A stretch of 63,507 nucleotides of DNA, counting the filler, from Octopus bimaculoides (taxonomy: Eukaryota), in the NCBI RefSeq assembly GCF_001194135.2. It is 6 parts of 6 records of this genome, joined end to end, with 100 filler letters (N's around TTAATTAATTAA, not from the genome) between each part and the next. Parts side by side here need not be neighbours in the genome. Positions count along the whole stretch, not along the records: positions 5,531 to 18,935 come from NC_068998.1; positions 19,036 to 35,001 come from NC_069004.1; 4 more parts are not named here. One strand, given 5' to 3'. The position numbers and the translations under genes are program-made. Positions within the stretch are counted from its first letter, which is position 1, and every line of letters starts with the position of its first letter. Shown here piece by piece: positions 12,407 to 25,710 of this stretch. Below the pieces are notes generated by a model. The model did not search any database. It was given only the letters and a program-made list of their open reading frames with translations, and was not told where the DNA came from.

Positions 12407-12420
12407 GTTTCCATAGTAAC
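12407..12420. promoter_or_regulatory. RFX X-box-like motif
   Basis: GTTTCCATAGTAAC fits the X-box consensus GTTNCCATRGNAAC. Two CACGTG E-boxes and splice-donor-like sites on both strands lie within about 110 bp, in non-repetitive sequence. Confidence 0.5.
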
Positions 12421-13377
12421 AAGTCAAGCTGTTGTCAAGCTGCTTACCCTTCTGTTGCTGTCCTGTCAAGCCACGTGATCATGTTTCGCTTATCAAATTC
12501 TTAAAACACGTGGTGTGAGGTGGTCGTCAGATGTTCTAAAAATAACAGTTAAATAGGTCTTAAATCGCACACCAGAATGTTTTTGTTTTTGGTTTTTGCA
12601 TAATTGTATGAATTCCAGTGAGTAGAATACAAATACGCAAAAATTTTCTGAAAATTCCAAAATTCCAAAAAATGAAAAAGTTCTTTATGTTGCCTGTCTC
12701 GTTTCTCTATTTGTTTCTTTCATTGTTAGGAAAAGAGTTCGTTTTCCATGTAATCTATTATTTTTCCAGGTATTGCTGTTATAAGACAATTAATAATGCG
12801 TCAATTAATAATTTAAGATTTTACCTTATAAAATACTGAAAGATAATATTTCAATTTTTCCATATAAGTGATGACAATATTTCAATTTTTTTAATGTTTA
12901 ATCTAAATATATGCTGTGATTGAATTATTTGATATTACCCATCTACACCAAATTAATGACAGGGATTTTTAACACGTTGTTGGTTGGACCATGGCTCATC
13001 AAAAGTTACAAACAGCAAGACCCCAAAACCATCCGTTACCAAGAGGTCACAGGAATTCATTAAACGAAAAAAAATTTCCAATGATTCCGGGATTGGGGGT
13101 GGAACCTCCCCCCACCTCATTTTTTCCGAACCAAAATAAGGGATTTNNNNNNNNNNNNNNNNNNNNNNNNNNNNNNNNNNNNNNNNNNNNNNNNNNNNNN
13201 NNNNNNNNNNNNNNNNNNNNNNNNNNNNNNNNNNNNNNNNNNNNNNNNNNNNNNNNNNNNNNNNNNNNNNNNNNNNNNNNNNNNNNNNNNNNNNNNNNNN
13301 NNNNNNNNNNNNNNNNNNNNNNNNNNNNNNNNNNNNNNNNNNNNNNNNNNNNNNNNNNNNNNNNNNNNNNNNNNNNN

Positions 13378-13850
13378 AGTCGACCTCGGCGGAATGTGAA
13401 CTCAGAACATAAATACCGCTTCTAGAGTACAAAATTTTGTCAAAAACGTTATAAGTAAACCCTGTTCTATGCGACCCTGTTCTACCAGTATCGGAAGTTT
13501 CAAAGTTGTTAGTTTTAAAAAATCAATTAAATAATCTGTATGTCTAATTGAATAGATCCGAAATGGATGAAAGGCAAAGTCGACCTCGGCGGAATGTGAA
13601 CTCAGAACATAAATACCGCTTCTAGAGTACAAAATTTTGTCAAAAACTTTAAGAATAAACCCTGTTCTATGTGACATATTCTACCAGTATCGGAAGTTTG
13701 AAAGTGTTTAGTTAAAAAAAAATTAATTAAATAATCTGTTCGTTAAAGTCGACCTCGGCGAAATTTGAACTCAAAAAACGTGAAGACAAACGAAATACAT
13801 CTGGGAATTTCTCCCAGCGTACTAGCGTTTCTACCAGCTCGCCGCATTAG
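13378..13850. repeat. About 200-bp tandem duplication built from SINE C fragments and a DNA-transposon-like block
   Basis: AGTCGACCTCGGCGGAATGTGAACTCAGAACATAAATACCGCTTCTAGAGTACAAAATTTTGTC at 13378 and 13578, with a third SINE C head at about 13746-13850. Confidence 0.75.
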
Positions 13851-14313
13851 CAAGTAAACGTTCATTTTAGAAATATATTCTTTATTCTTATTGCTTAAGC
13901 GTTACCCACTTACTTACTGACATGAAATTTCGTTACATTTTACCTCATAACTCTTTTTCTACTAATTTTTGTTCAATGCGACTAGCGATTCTGAATTCCT
14001 CATGAATTTTTCTATTATTTAAGCCTAAGAAATTAAAAAATTTATGTTAATTCAAGATATCTGCCTTACTACCCACCTTGAGGTCGCAGATATTTTTATG
14101 TAACTTTTTTTCTACTGAATCAAATCTCAAACTATTTGTGCCAAAGTGTAGCTGAGAAGGTGTCCTTTTTAAAACTATTAACAGTTTGCAATTTAGTTGA
14201 GAACTGAATAAGTGGTGAAGCTTGGAAGCTGCTGCGATTGACGAAATGGTGGACTTAAGAATATATTCAACCACTACCATGATTGAATGATGTATATGTG
14301 TGTGTGTGCGTGT

Positions 14314-14353
<40 letters not shown>

Positions 14354-14371
14354 ATGCATGTATGAATCCTT

Positions 14372-15680
14372 GCTGGTTTGCACACTATGGCAACACCATT
14401 GTTATGTTTTCAGTATTCTGTATAACGTCCTTTTTTTATTTCAGATTCTTCAGTTTTTGGGTGAACCACGCTAATAGCTTCTGAATGAAAATAGCCCATC
14501 TGGACATTTTTTCAGGAAATGAAGGGTAATGATACATATTAAGCATACATTGAGTATATATTTAACAGAAAACCATAATAATATTATAAGATTTGTTGGC
14601 ATAATGAATTAATTAAGCAACATGAGCGCCATTTTGACGGGTAACATCAAGAACCCTATTAGTCATGGAATCTGTCAATTTCTTAATTGTAACTGGTCGG
14701 ACTGCCTCTGCTGCAGATTTGATGGTCGCCCATAAGACATCTTTCAACATAAATTGGCGTCCAACGGCATAAGCATCTTGTTTAATGATGGGCCAAAGAT
14801 TTTCGATAGGGATACTAGCGACCACACCATCAACCTTTCACCTTGTATGCCGTAAGACCCTAGGAATGTTTGGGTGGTCCTAGCAGAGTGGTAGGGAGCA
14901 TTGTTATGCATGAATACGAGATTCCTTAGAAGTGACAGTAGTATTACATCTAGCCAAGGATCCAAGACCTCCTTCAGGAGATTGCAGTAGACGGCTGCTG
15001 TCACTTTAACCTCTTGAGGCACACTGACTGGGCCAACAAGTCTGTCCCCAATGATACTAAGCCACAACATGACTCCTCCATCCAAAATAGACCCAACCAT
15101 TTTCCCAACCGTCAGGTTCGTCAAGGGTTGCCTTGGTTTCGTCAGTGAACAGAACACAACTCATATCTAACGTTATGTACTTTTGGGCGCATTGAAGCCT
15201 CAAGCTCTTGTGAGGAGACAGTTTCATGTGTTCTCGCAAGGAAACTATGGTCCCGAGGATGTGATTTCTGGTGGTTTTCGGTACGTGAGGAAATCCGGAG
15301 GCGGGGAAAATAGCTTTGCTTGTTTGTCCAGGTTTCCCACGTAACTTGCGGCCAATATTCCTTAAGTCCCTAGCTGTCACAGTCTTGGAAGTCACACAAT
15401 CGGATCGTTTCTTCTTTGGCGCTCATGTGGCTAAATAATTCGTTATGTCAATAAATGTTATAATATTCTTATCGTTTTCAGTTAAATATATGCTCAATGT
15501 ATGCTTAATATTTATCATTACCCTTCATTTTCTGAAAAAAAATGTCTTGATAGGCTATTTTCATTCAAAAGCTATCAGCGTGGCTCACCTAAAAACTGAT
15601 GAATCTGAAAAAAAAAAAAAGAACGTTACGCAGAATAATGGAAAATATAACAATGGTGTTGCCGTACTGTACAAACCAGC
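14372..15680 (-). mobile_element. Tc1-type transposon with long (about 230-bp) TIRs and a degenerate transposase
   Basis: 14372-14600 is the reverse complement of 15450-15680. Internal frames give VLFTDETKATLDEPDGW, GGVMLWLSIIGDRLVGP, VFMHNNAPYHSA and PIENLWPIIKQ. Confidence 0.85.
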
Positions 15681-15816
15681 TGAGAAAAGTTTTATCAAAA
15701 TCGATCCACAGAAAACCGAGAAATCCTAAATTCCTCTCCTAAGCTATTAGCGTGGTTCTGGGTGCGTATATATATATATGTGTGTGTGTATGTGTAAGTG
15801 TGTGTGTGTTTGTGTG

Positions 15817-15888
<72 letters not shown>

Positions 15889-17735
15889 CAGTGGTGGGCA
15901 CAGCTAACCTAAAAGTTAGCTTCGCTAACTGCTAATCCGCTAACTAAAAAGGTTAGCTTAGCAAACGCTAAACCACTAAACTGGTAAAAAAATCAGCGGA
16001 AGCTATCGCTAACTGATAACCGCTAACTTTTATCATATGAATTTAGCTTCAGTTGGGTTTTTTTGGCTCTAAAACCACCAAAAAGAGACCTACAGAGATG
16101 AAATTTTCATGTTGTAGTTTAGATATAGAGCTTTTCAAAAAGGTATAGCATGCCAAAATCAGATGATGGCTTAGGGTTACGCGAATAATTAAATGAACAA
16201 AAGAAATTAAACATTTGTTTTTAGTCAACATACACTTTATTTACCGTAAAAAAAGTATTAAACAAATCAAAATGGTATAGTATGGCATAAGTATAATGCT
16301 AAGATCAGATGATGATCAAGGTGGACCTTCTCCAAAGCCTCGATGTGATACCTGTTAGGCCTTCTCCATCGCCTCGACCTGATGCTGGCTGCTCTTCATA
16401 AACATCAGTCTCACAAAGTTACCATCTGACAGGGTGGTTCTCTTGGTCCTCAAAATATCTTTGCCTATAGAGAATAGCAGTGATATACTTGGTGAACAGG
16501 TCGATCAAGGCCTGTTCACCAAAAAAGCGACTTCAGTGACCTGTGGATCCTGCTCTCCTGGAACCGAGTGATGCTGTTGAAGAAATAATCTTCCTCATCC
16601 TCATTGAAGGTGATGCTGCTTCCCTCCTCATTGGTCTCCATTAGGGTTGTCTCTACGACGGTCTCCATGGCGTTAGTTACTCTGCTAACCTGGTTGTTAT
16701 TATACTGCTCCAGCTAGAACAGGCTAAACTTGGGGTTGAAGGCAGCGGTCAATTGGCACTCCAGGTGTTCGAGGAGGAGCCCAAACCGTTTCGTAAAGCC
16801 TGCCAGTATCGCATCTATCAGAGGACTGCAGTACAGGAGATTTTTGAACTTGGCCTCCTTCAACTTCATGACGGTAACCGCTACAGTTGGCAGAAGGCTC
16901 CAGAGAAAGGCTTGGTCCTCCCACTGGATTTTATCCAAGACCTTGGCAACATTAGACATCACTTGGGCGTATTCCGTCAGAAAGCCGACATAAAAATCAG
17001 TGAAGGTCTGCAGTTTCAGCTGTGTCATCACCCTGTGGAAATTCTGTTCTTCTCCAGCAGGTTGTTGAGGTCAACAACAAAGTTATAGGAAGAGTTCCAT
17101 CTGGTACTGTTGAGAACCACCAGCCTACTTTCCAACGCGTCCAGAATGCTGGCTGCCGCCACCATGCTGCGGCTCTGCAGAATCCACAGCCGCTGTGCCT
17201 TGGACATGGCCTTCCTGTAGGCTGACTTGAACGAAGCGCTGTCAAGAGTCTTGTCGGCATCCACTCTGGCTACCAAGTTGAAAATATGGGCTGCGCACTT
17301 CATGTGTACTGGCAGGTTGATGCCCGGACCGCAGGACTCGTCAAGGACGGTATCAACAGAGATATACTCAACTTCGTCCACATTCCTAGCCTTGGGATCC
17401 ACGTCCAGGTTCACATCCTCGACGCCTTCCACGTCCGGATTGGCAGCAGCCTCAAGAATGTCTGGCAAGAGTTCAACTTCTGTACCAAACTGCATAAATG
17501 CTTTGACAAAGTTTTTGCTGTTGTCCGTCGTGGTTCTGGTCACCTTGTCTTGCAGATGAAACTTGTAATGCGTGTCCACCATGGCCTGGGCGAGAACATC
17601 AAAGGTGTCCTCTGAGCCAAGAGCAGGCCATGTCTTGGGGTCCAGCCAGTGTGCCATCATCCCCAGGCAGGACTCGCTGTGGGCCGACCAGCAACCCGCA
17701 GTGGTCGCCACCCAGGGGACATCTTTGAGCAATCT
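15889..17735 (-). mobile_element. hAT transposon 3' half with degenerate transposase
   Basis: TIR CAGTGGTGGGCA at 15889 followed by many GCTAAC/GTTAGC subterminal motifs. Protein motifs: VATTAGCWS..., TTTDNSKNFVKAF, HMKCAAHIFNLV, NSTRWNS, AAFNPKF. Acceptor TTACAG near 17735. Confidence 0.85.
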
Positions 17736-19035
17736 GTAATTAAAAAATGTTAAATTGTAAAGAGAAATAAGTTGTAGAGTTAAAAACTTAACATTATATA
17801 TNNNNNNNNNNNNNNNNNNNNNNNNNNNNNNNNNNNNNNNNNNNNNNNNNNNNNNNNNNNNNNNNNNNNNNNNNNNNNNNNNNNNNNNNNNNNNNNNNNN
17901 NNNNNNNNNNNNNNNNNNNNNNNNNNNNNNNNNNNNNNNNNNNNNNNNNNNNNNNNNNNNNNNNNNNNNNNNNNNNNNNNNNNNNNNTTATCTTATAAGC
18001 ATGTAGTGAAACCACCTCTCTCGGGTATTTATTTATAAATGCGAACGTAACATCTAGCCTTCGGCCCGCCTTGGACCCTGCTGTGTCCATCACCCTGATT
18101 GGCTCTTATTTGCGCGGCATTTGTCTCCAGTTCTGTTTGTGTGAATTGTTTCTACCATGAAGTAACAGCCAGAACAACCTGCGAGAATCTTCTGTATTCA
18201 AGTAACCGGTCGCAGCATCGTAGCCTCAACTTCTTCTCACGACATGTGACACTTCAGCTCTGCTATTCGGCCCCAACCTCTTATGTACAGACTTTCTATT
18301 TACTGTGTACCTGGACAATGAACTGGTATCTTATCTTTGTGTGCAGGACGCTTATCGTCCACGTTACAGACTCTTTTCCATGCCCTGTATTTCTCATTCA
18401 CTCACATACACATATTTATGTATACACACTCTTGTTCATACGACGGCCTGTCATATATATTGCGTTATTATTTATATTGCCGCATTCACGCACACACAGA
18501 CACACAGTTTACTACGCTTATAAACTTACTCTTTATATATATATATTTAACGGTGTGTCTCTCTCTTTCCTTGCTGGCATTTCCGCGCATTTCACATGTG
18601 AGTTCCATTCGTCACCATTCTCCTTTGGTTCGCACGGTCATTTTCTACAACCGTATTTTGTCTATAGAAATCACACAGATTGTAGTTTAATATTTGTTAC
18701 TAGGCTGTTCTAAATTCATGGAAATATTACTTATGATTTAAAACCTTGTTATTAAACTTTTGAAAATAGTGACACTACCCTGATAGGTGGTGCGTTAGCG
18801 GGTGGGGGATGAATAACCGATATGGGAAATGGAATGATGGTTCAGAACGGTTCGTTTATTTGTTATTTCATTAAAGACTGCTGTTTTGACTGTACAGACT
18901 TAATCATGAGTGATATATATATATATATATATATANNNNNNNNNNNNNNNNNNNNNNNNNNNNNNNNNNNNNNNNNNNNTTAATTAATTAANNNNNNNNN
19001 NNNNNNNNNNNNNNNNNNNNNNNNNNNNNNNNNNN

Positions 19036-19370
19036 AAGTAGCTTGCTTACCAACCACATGGTTCCGGGTTCATTCCCACTGCGGGGCACCTTGGGCAAGT
19101 GTCTTCTACTATAGCCTCAGGCCGACCAATGCCTTGTGAGTGGATTTGGCAGACGGAAACTGGAAGAAGCCTGTCGTATATATGTATATATGTATATGTG
19201 TGTATGTGTTTGTGTGTCTTTGTTTGTCCCCCCCCCCGTAACCTAGCGGTTCGGCAAAAGAGACCGATAGAATAAGTACTAGGCATCCAAAGAATAAGTC
19301 CTGGGGTCGATTTACTCGACTAAAGGCGGTGCTCCAGCATGGCCACAGTCAAATAACTGAAACATATAGA
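19036..19370 (+). mobile_element. SINE family B
   Basis: Same diagnostic blocks as 11340-11865, with an internal deletion. Confidence 0.9.
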
Positions 19371-20002
19371 TACTAAAACTAAAATTGAATAACAGAAGAG
19401 AAGACACTTTGCAGGGCAAAAACATGCACAATTAAAATGACTTGCAATAAACTGGAATCTACTGAGGATGGTGGCGGTAGTGGTGGGAGGGAATAATAAA
19501 CCAATGCTTCGGAAGATGGAAGAGGGATGAGGAGAAGTAAGCCCGTCCAATCTGGAGGGTGTGGTCTAATTCAGAATGAGACAATAAATATAACTTCCGC
19601 TGTCTTCAATGACGTTTTAAAGAGTTTTTGGTTACAGGTGTGTGTGTGTGTGTGTGTGTGTTACATGTACCGCGAAAAAGAGATACGCCCACACAGCACA
19701 CGCGCGCGCGCACACACACACACAAACTTATTTCGCTATACGTAGGAAAATATGGAGATTATGATGGTGAAAAAAAAAATATTGTTCATAAAATTCCTAT
19801 TTTTCAAAATAAAAAGAAAAAAAAAAATTACCCGAACCCCCTCCCGATTCTAGCAGGTTATCCACATGCTAGAAATAACAGACAGATCTCCCACAAACCT
19901 TGTTTCCTTTTAACTTTCACAAAAATTGATAGTTTTTAATAAAATTGTCGATATATACGCTGCTATAAAATAATGAAAGAAATATGTAATCAATCTACTA
20001 TC

Positions 20003-20255
20003 TTGTTGTTGGCACTCCGTCGCTTACGACGTCGAGGGTTCCAGTTGATCCGATCAACGGAACAGCCTGCTCGTGAAATTAACGTGCAAGTGGCTGAGCA
20101 CTCCACAGACACGTGTACCCTTAATGTAGTTCTCGGGGTGAGATTCAGCGTGACACAGTGTGACAAGGCTGACCCTTTGAATTACAGGCACAACAGAAAG
20201 AATAAGTAAGAGTGATAGAAAGTTGTGGTGGAAGAGTACAGGAGGGTTCGCCACC
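20003..20255 (-). mobile_element. SINE family D
   Basis: GGCACTCCGTCGCTTACGACGTCGAGGGTTCCAGTTGATCCGATCAACGGAACAGCCTGCTCGTGAAATTAACG, shared with 26903, 41770-42305 and 45337. Confidence 0.85.
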
Positions 20256-20851
20256 NNNNNNNNNNNNNNNNNNNNNNNNNNNNNNNNNNNNNNNNNNNNN
20301 NNNNNNNNNNNNNNNNNNNNNNNNNNNNNNNNNNNNNNNNNNNNNNNNNNNNNNNNNNNNNNNNNNNNNNNNNNNNNNNNNNNNNNNNNNNNNNNNNNNN
20401 NNNNNNNNNNNNNNNNNNNNNNNNNNNNNNNNNNNNNNNNNNNNNNNNNNNNNNNNNNNNNNNNNNNNNNNNNNNNNNNNNNNNNNNNNNNNNNNNNNNN
20501 NNNNNNNNNNNNNNNNNNNNNNNNNNNNNNNNNNNNNNNNNNNNNNNNNNNNNNNNNNNNNNNNNNNNNNNNNNNNNNNNNNNNNNNNNNNNNNNNNNNN
20601 NNNNNNNNNNNNNNNNNNNNNNNNNNNNNNNNNNNNNNNNNNNNNNNNNNNNNNNNNNNNNNNNNNNNNNNNNNNNNNNNNNNNNNNNNNNNNNNNNNNN
20701 NNNNNNNNNNNNNNNNNNNNNNNNNNNNNNNNNNNGATAATGTCTGTATTTTTCTACGTATTTCGCGCCCCCAAAAATTTCTGATAAAAAAGTGAAAAAT
20801 TAAGAGAAAAAAGTTGGGGGTGAATTTAAATATTAAAATTGTATGTATGTA

Positions 20852-20898
<47 letters not shown>

Positions 20899-21179
20899 AT
20901 GGATGGATGGATGGATGGATAGGTGAATATATATATCTATGTATGTGCCCAGAAGTGTATTTCATCGACCTTTGGAGGAATGAAAAATATATACTGTAAA
21001 TCCTCGAGTATAATCCGCACTTTTTTCCAAAAATTTAAAGGTCAAAATTTCTAGTATGTACTATATACGAGGTTGAAAATGAAAAACACAATGTCCCATC
21101 CAAAACGAAAAGCAATTTAAAAAATCAAAAAAAATATCAACTCATTTAGAGCTGGGACATAATAGTTTACTCAAACCAG

Positions 21180-21700
21180 CTACCCTCACCTTCCGCCATG
21201 GCTTCAAGATGCCTCCAGAATTTAACGCATGCATTCCTCACTGTTACACCAGGAAGATCTTTGGAAACCTCCTTTGCCATCGGCTTGGCCTTGATGTTAC
21301 AGACAGAGCAGTTGAAGTCTTTTTCAGCTATGTCCTACACATAGTATTCAATGAAATTATAATAAAAAGAATTAGGGATTAGTGAAGTTGTAGAAATTCT
21401 CCGCTTCTGATTCTTTCCAGAGAAATGGCATGGGACCAGATTTTATTGCAACACATAGCCTTCCAGCAGCGACCCTCTCCAGTCGGGGATTGACTACAGT
21501 CTCCTGCAGCCTCAAATAGTAATCTGAGTAGAGCCTAAGGCTCTGTTTGAAGATGTGGAGTGTCATGAAACCACCCCCACTGGAAACATACCCAAAAACC
21601 ATTACAGTTCCCGTTGACCACAGCTTCGTAGTCTCTGTTGCAACTGTCCATGTCATGTCATACAGCCTTTACAGTGTTCATAGAGCAGTAAGTAGCAGTC
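21180..21700 (-). mobile_element. Second maT/DD37D-type transposase remnant
   Basis: TVMVFGYVSSGGGFMTLHIF...VVNPRLERVAAGR...ENFYNFTNP is homologous by eye to the 9817-10416 frame. Confidence 0.7.
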
Positions 21701-21719
21701 ATGATGTTAACCATTTTGA

Positions 21720-23900
21720 TATCCACCACAAATCATCATGATATATGTAACACATTTCTAATATCAAATGGCTTCCAGTCCTGCATGTTAGCGAACTGTT
21801 TCTCTGAAGTATTAAATATATGAAATACACCACCCATTTTTTTTTTAATAGTCTTCTGTCTGATATCGAAACAATTTTATTTCCAGTTGCAATTTTAGAG
21901 TAAAATCTCACTCTCTGATTTGGTTCAATGCATAGTGCACATCTGCTATTGCTCATTGGAATCTCTTCTATCAATGCTTTCAGCAGGATCAGTCTAATAA
22001 TTCTCAGCTCACTTTCCATAGGACTAACAATGCCCATGAAGGACCTGTTGCCATGGTTAAATCTTTATATGCTTCCAGGTTCAAGAAACCATTGCCTCAC
22101 AGGGGCTTGGAAGTTGCCACCTTTTGGCAAATCTACAATACTCTTTACTCTTTTACATGTTTCAGTCATTTGACTGTGGCCATGCTGGAGCACCGCCTTT
22201 TTAGTCGAGCAAATCGACCCCAGGACTTATTCTTTTTGCCGAACCGCTAAGTTACGGGGACGTAAACACACCAGCATCGGTTGTCAAGCACACACACACA
22301 CACACACNNNNNNNNNNNNNNNNNNNNNNNNNNNNNNNNNNNNNNNNNNNNNNNNNNNNNNNATATATATATATATATACATATATACGATTGGCTTCTT
22401 TCAGTTTCCGTCTACCAAATCCACTCACAAGGCTTTGGTCGGCCTGAGGCTATAGTAGAAGACACTTGCCCAAGGTGCCACGCAGTGGGACTGAACCCGG
22501 AACCATGTGGTTGGTAAGCAAGCTACTTACCACACAGCCACTCCTGCGCCTATATGTAATTAATCCTGGTAAATCTGTTCTGCTTCCACTTTTTTATAGT
22601 GTCTGATGTTCTAAGCCTTTTGTAGAAAAAGCTGACCTCTTTATCCATTTATTTCCTGCTAACTCTAACCTTGATGGTTCAGGTGCACCTCTGAGTTTCC
22701 TTCTCATATAGAACAGGTTTTTATTTTGTAGTCATAACTCTGAAGCTTGTAACTACAGTGATCTCTGGGCTTGATCAGTCTAGAGCATCTAGTCCTGACA
22801 ACAATCCTGTGATACTCTTGAAGCAGGGTGCTCCTGGGATGTTTTCTTTACTCTCTAAGTTATTTAATCTTTGTCTTGCTAAGTCTTGTTTTTCATCTTG
22901 CTGGAATATATCTCATGTTGTCTCAATCTACCGATTTATGGATAAATCAGGAGAGGATCATGTTGTAGCTCTTGATATATCCAAAACTTTAGGATTTGGC
23001 ATGCTGGTTTGTTCCATAAGCTCTCTTCCTATGGAAAGGTTATTGCATGCGTGTGGCTCTGGACAGTGTTACTTTTCAGTACTCTATCAATACCGATGTT
23101 CTCCAAGGCTCTGTTATTCATCCAACTCTATTTCACTTCTACATCCAACAACCTTCCTGCCAATGTTCTTCAATTCACCAATGTTTGTGACGATGATTCT
23201 TAACTTTATTCTGGTTTTCCTGATAATCTCTCTCCTTTGAAATGGTTGGAATTTGACGCTAATTTTGAAGTGGATCTGCATGCTGTTGAGAAACGGAGCA
23301 GGTGGTTAGTAACTTTCAACCTTAGCAAGACCAAACTCAGGTCTTTCACTAACAAGTGGGGACCTATCTTCTCCCCATTTGCATGAATTACAGGTTGGCA
23401 GTATCACATGGTGAAATAGTCAGAACGCTGGATGAAAGGTTTTCGTTGGAACCACTTGGTTTCACTTTCTTGCCTCGTCTTTTTGAGGGTTCTTACATAC
23501 AGACAATTGGTAGATCTGCTTCCTGTAATGTGGGGTCATTGTATAACTCAAAGGACTATCTCACATCCAAGGCTATTTTGTATCTTTAAAAGTCCACACT
23601 TCATCTTTGTATGGAATATTGTAATCATATTTGGACTGGTGCACTTGACCAGGTACAGAAGCAAGTTTTTAATTTGATTGGTTCTTCTCTTGCTTCTTTA
23701 TTCCAGATAACTTTGTTCCATCTCGCCAGACTCAAAACTCACACCTTCATCTAAATGCTGTTGTGCTTCCGTGAATAAGGAAGTTTTTCTATATTCATAG
23801 GTTTTTTTCCCTTGAACTGCCAAACCTTGGAACACTCTTCCATTACATTGTTTTCCCCCTTCTTATGACCTGAACATTTTTATGTCTAAAGTAAGCTCAT
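21720..23900 (+). mobile_element. Highly degenerate Jockey/CR1-group LINE (endonuclease-RT region), interrupted by a SINE
   Basis: ASSPDNNPVILLKQGAPGMFSLLSKLFNLCLAKSCF and HVVALDISK fit the ASGPDGIP..LK...LFNKCL and ALDISKAFD motifs, with many frameshifts. Confidence 0.65.
22140..22552 (-). mobile_element. SINE family B nested in the LINE fossil
   Basis: Tail TACTCTTTTAC at 22140 and head GCCACTCCTGCGCCTAT at about 22535-22552. Confidence 0.9.
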
Positions 23901-23959
23901 TCCTTTCATATTAATTTCTCTTTCATAGTCCCTTTCATTAAGTGACATCTTGTTTGGGA

Positions 23960-24269
23960 ATTTCTAATTCGAGCGAGATCGTTGCCAGTGCCGCTGGACT
24001 GGCTCCTGTGCAGGTGGCACGTAAAATACACCATTTTGAGCGTGGCCGTTGCCAGTACCTCCTGACTGGCCTTCGTGCCAGTGGCATGTAAAAAGCACCC
24101 ACTACACTCTCGGAGTGGTTGGCGTTAGGAAGGGCATCCAGCTGTAGAAACTCTGCCAAATCAGATTGGAGCCTGGTATAGCCATCTGGTTTCACCAGTC
24201 CACAGTCAAATCGTCCAACCCATGCTAGCATGGAAAGCGGACATTAAACGATGATGATGATGATGATGA

Positions 24270-24272
<3 letters not shown>
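23960..24272 (+). mobile_element. RTE-tailed retroposon 3' end (family A)
   Basis: Family A core and a (GAT)n tail running into (TA)n. Confidence 0.9.
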
Positions 24273-24326
<54 letters not shown>

Positions 24327-24719
24327 CACATATATCAGAAATAAAATAAATGACAAGAGAATAATAAATTATGTCAGATTTTCAAACATGAGGTGTAATT
24401 TTATTTGAGAAACCCACACAGAAAACATTACTGTCAAAAAAATGTAGAACCATATGTATGAAATGAGGTAAGGAGTTTGAGGGGCAGAAGATCCTCACAG
24501 AAAAAGTAGACTTAGATGGAAAAAAAAATTGTATATACATGTATAAAGATGGTTATATAAAGAATTCTCGTGTACAGAGTAAAAATACACCTGGGAATGA
24601 AGACAGAATCCAAAACAATGAGAGAGAGAGAAAGATACTAGCCAGATTCAGAATTAAGAGGCCAAAGAAGCAGTAATAATTATCTTACATAAACACAGAC
24701 TCTACCATCCACACACATA

Positions 24720-25049
24720 ATTCTTTTACTCTTTTATTTGTTTCAGTCATTTGACTGCGGCCATGCTGGAGCACCGCCTTTTTAGTCGAGCAAATCGACC
24801 CCAGGACTTATTCTTTGGAAGCCTAGTACTTATTCTATCGGTCTCTTTTGCCGAACCGCTAAGTTACGGGGGACGTAACCCCCCCCCCATTGGTTGTCAA
24901 GCGATGTTGTGGGGACAAACACAGGCACACAAACATATACATACACATACATACATATATATATATACATATATACGACGGGCTTCTTTCAGTTTCCGTC
25001 TACCAAATCCACTCACAAGGCTTTGGTCGGCTTGAGGCTATAGTAGAAG
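24720..25049 (-). mobile_element. SINE family B (head lost in N gap)
   Basis: Family B tail and body blocks. Confidence 0.9.
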
Positions 25050-25380
25050 NNNNNNNNNNNNNNNNNNNNNNNNNNNNNNNNNNNNNNNNNNNNNNNNNNN
25101 NNNNNNNNNNNNNNNNNNNNNNNNNNNNNNNNNNNNNNNNNNNNNNNNNNNNNNNNNNNNNNNNNNNNNNNNNNNNNNNNNNNNNNNNNNNNNNNNNNNN
25201 NNNNNNNNNNNNNNNNNNNNNNNNNNNNNNNNNNNNNNNNNNNNNNNNNNNNNNNNNNNNNNNNNNNNNNNNNNNNNNNNNNNNNNNNNNNNNNNNNNNN
25301 NNNNNNNNNNNNNNNNNNNNNNNNNNNNNNNNNNNNNNNNNNNNNNNNNNNNNNNNNNNNNNNNNNNNNNNNNNNNNNNN

Positions 25381-25476
25381 TGACCTCAGCAGAATTTGAA
25401 CTCAGAACATAAAGACAGATGAAGTGCCGCTAAGCATTTTGTATGGCATTCTAACAATATTACCAGCTCACTGCCT

Positions 25477-25516
<40 letters not shown>

Positions 25517-25710
25517 TTGTACTATAGGCATAAGGCCTGAAATTTGTGGGCAGGGGACTAGCCAATCATGTCAACTCCTGTGTTCTTATAGACCCTGAAA
25601 GGATGAAAGACAAAGTAGACTTCAGTGGAATTTGAACTCAGAATGGAACGACAGACAAAGCATCACTGAGCAATTCATCCAGTGTGCTAATGATTCTACC
25701 AGCACCTTGT
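25381..25710 (-). mobile_element. Two SINE family C fragments separated by (TAG)n
   Basis: GACCTCAGCAGAATTTGAACTCAGAAC at 25382 and GGATGAAAGACAAAGTAGACTTCAGTGGAATTTGAACTCAG at about 25600-25640. Confidence 0.7.
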
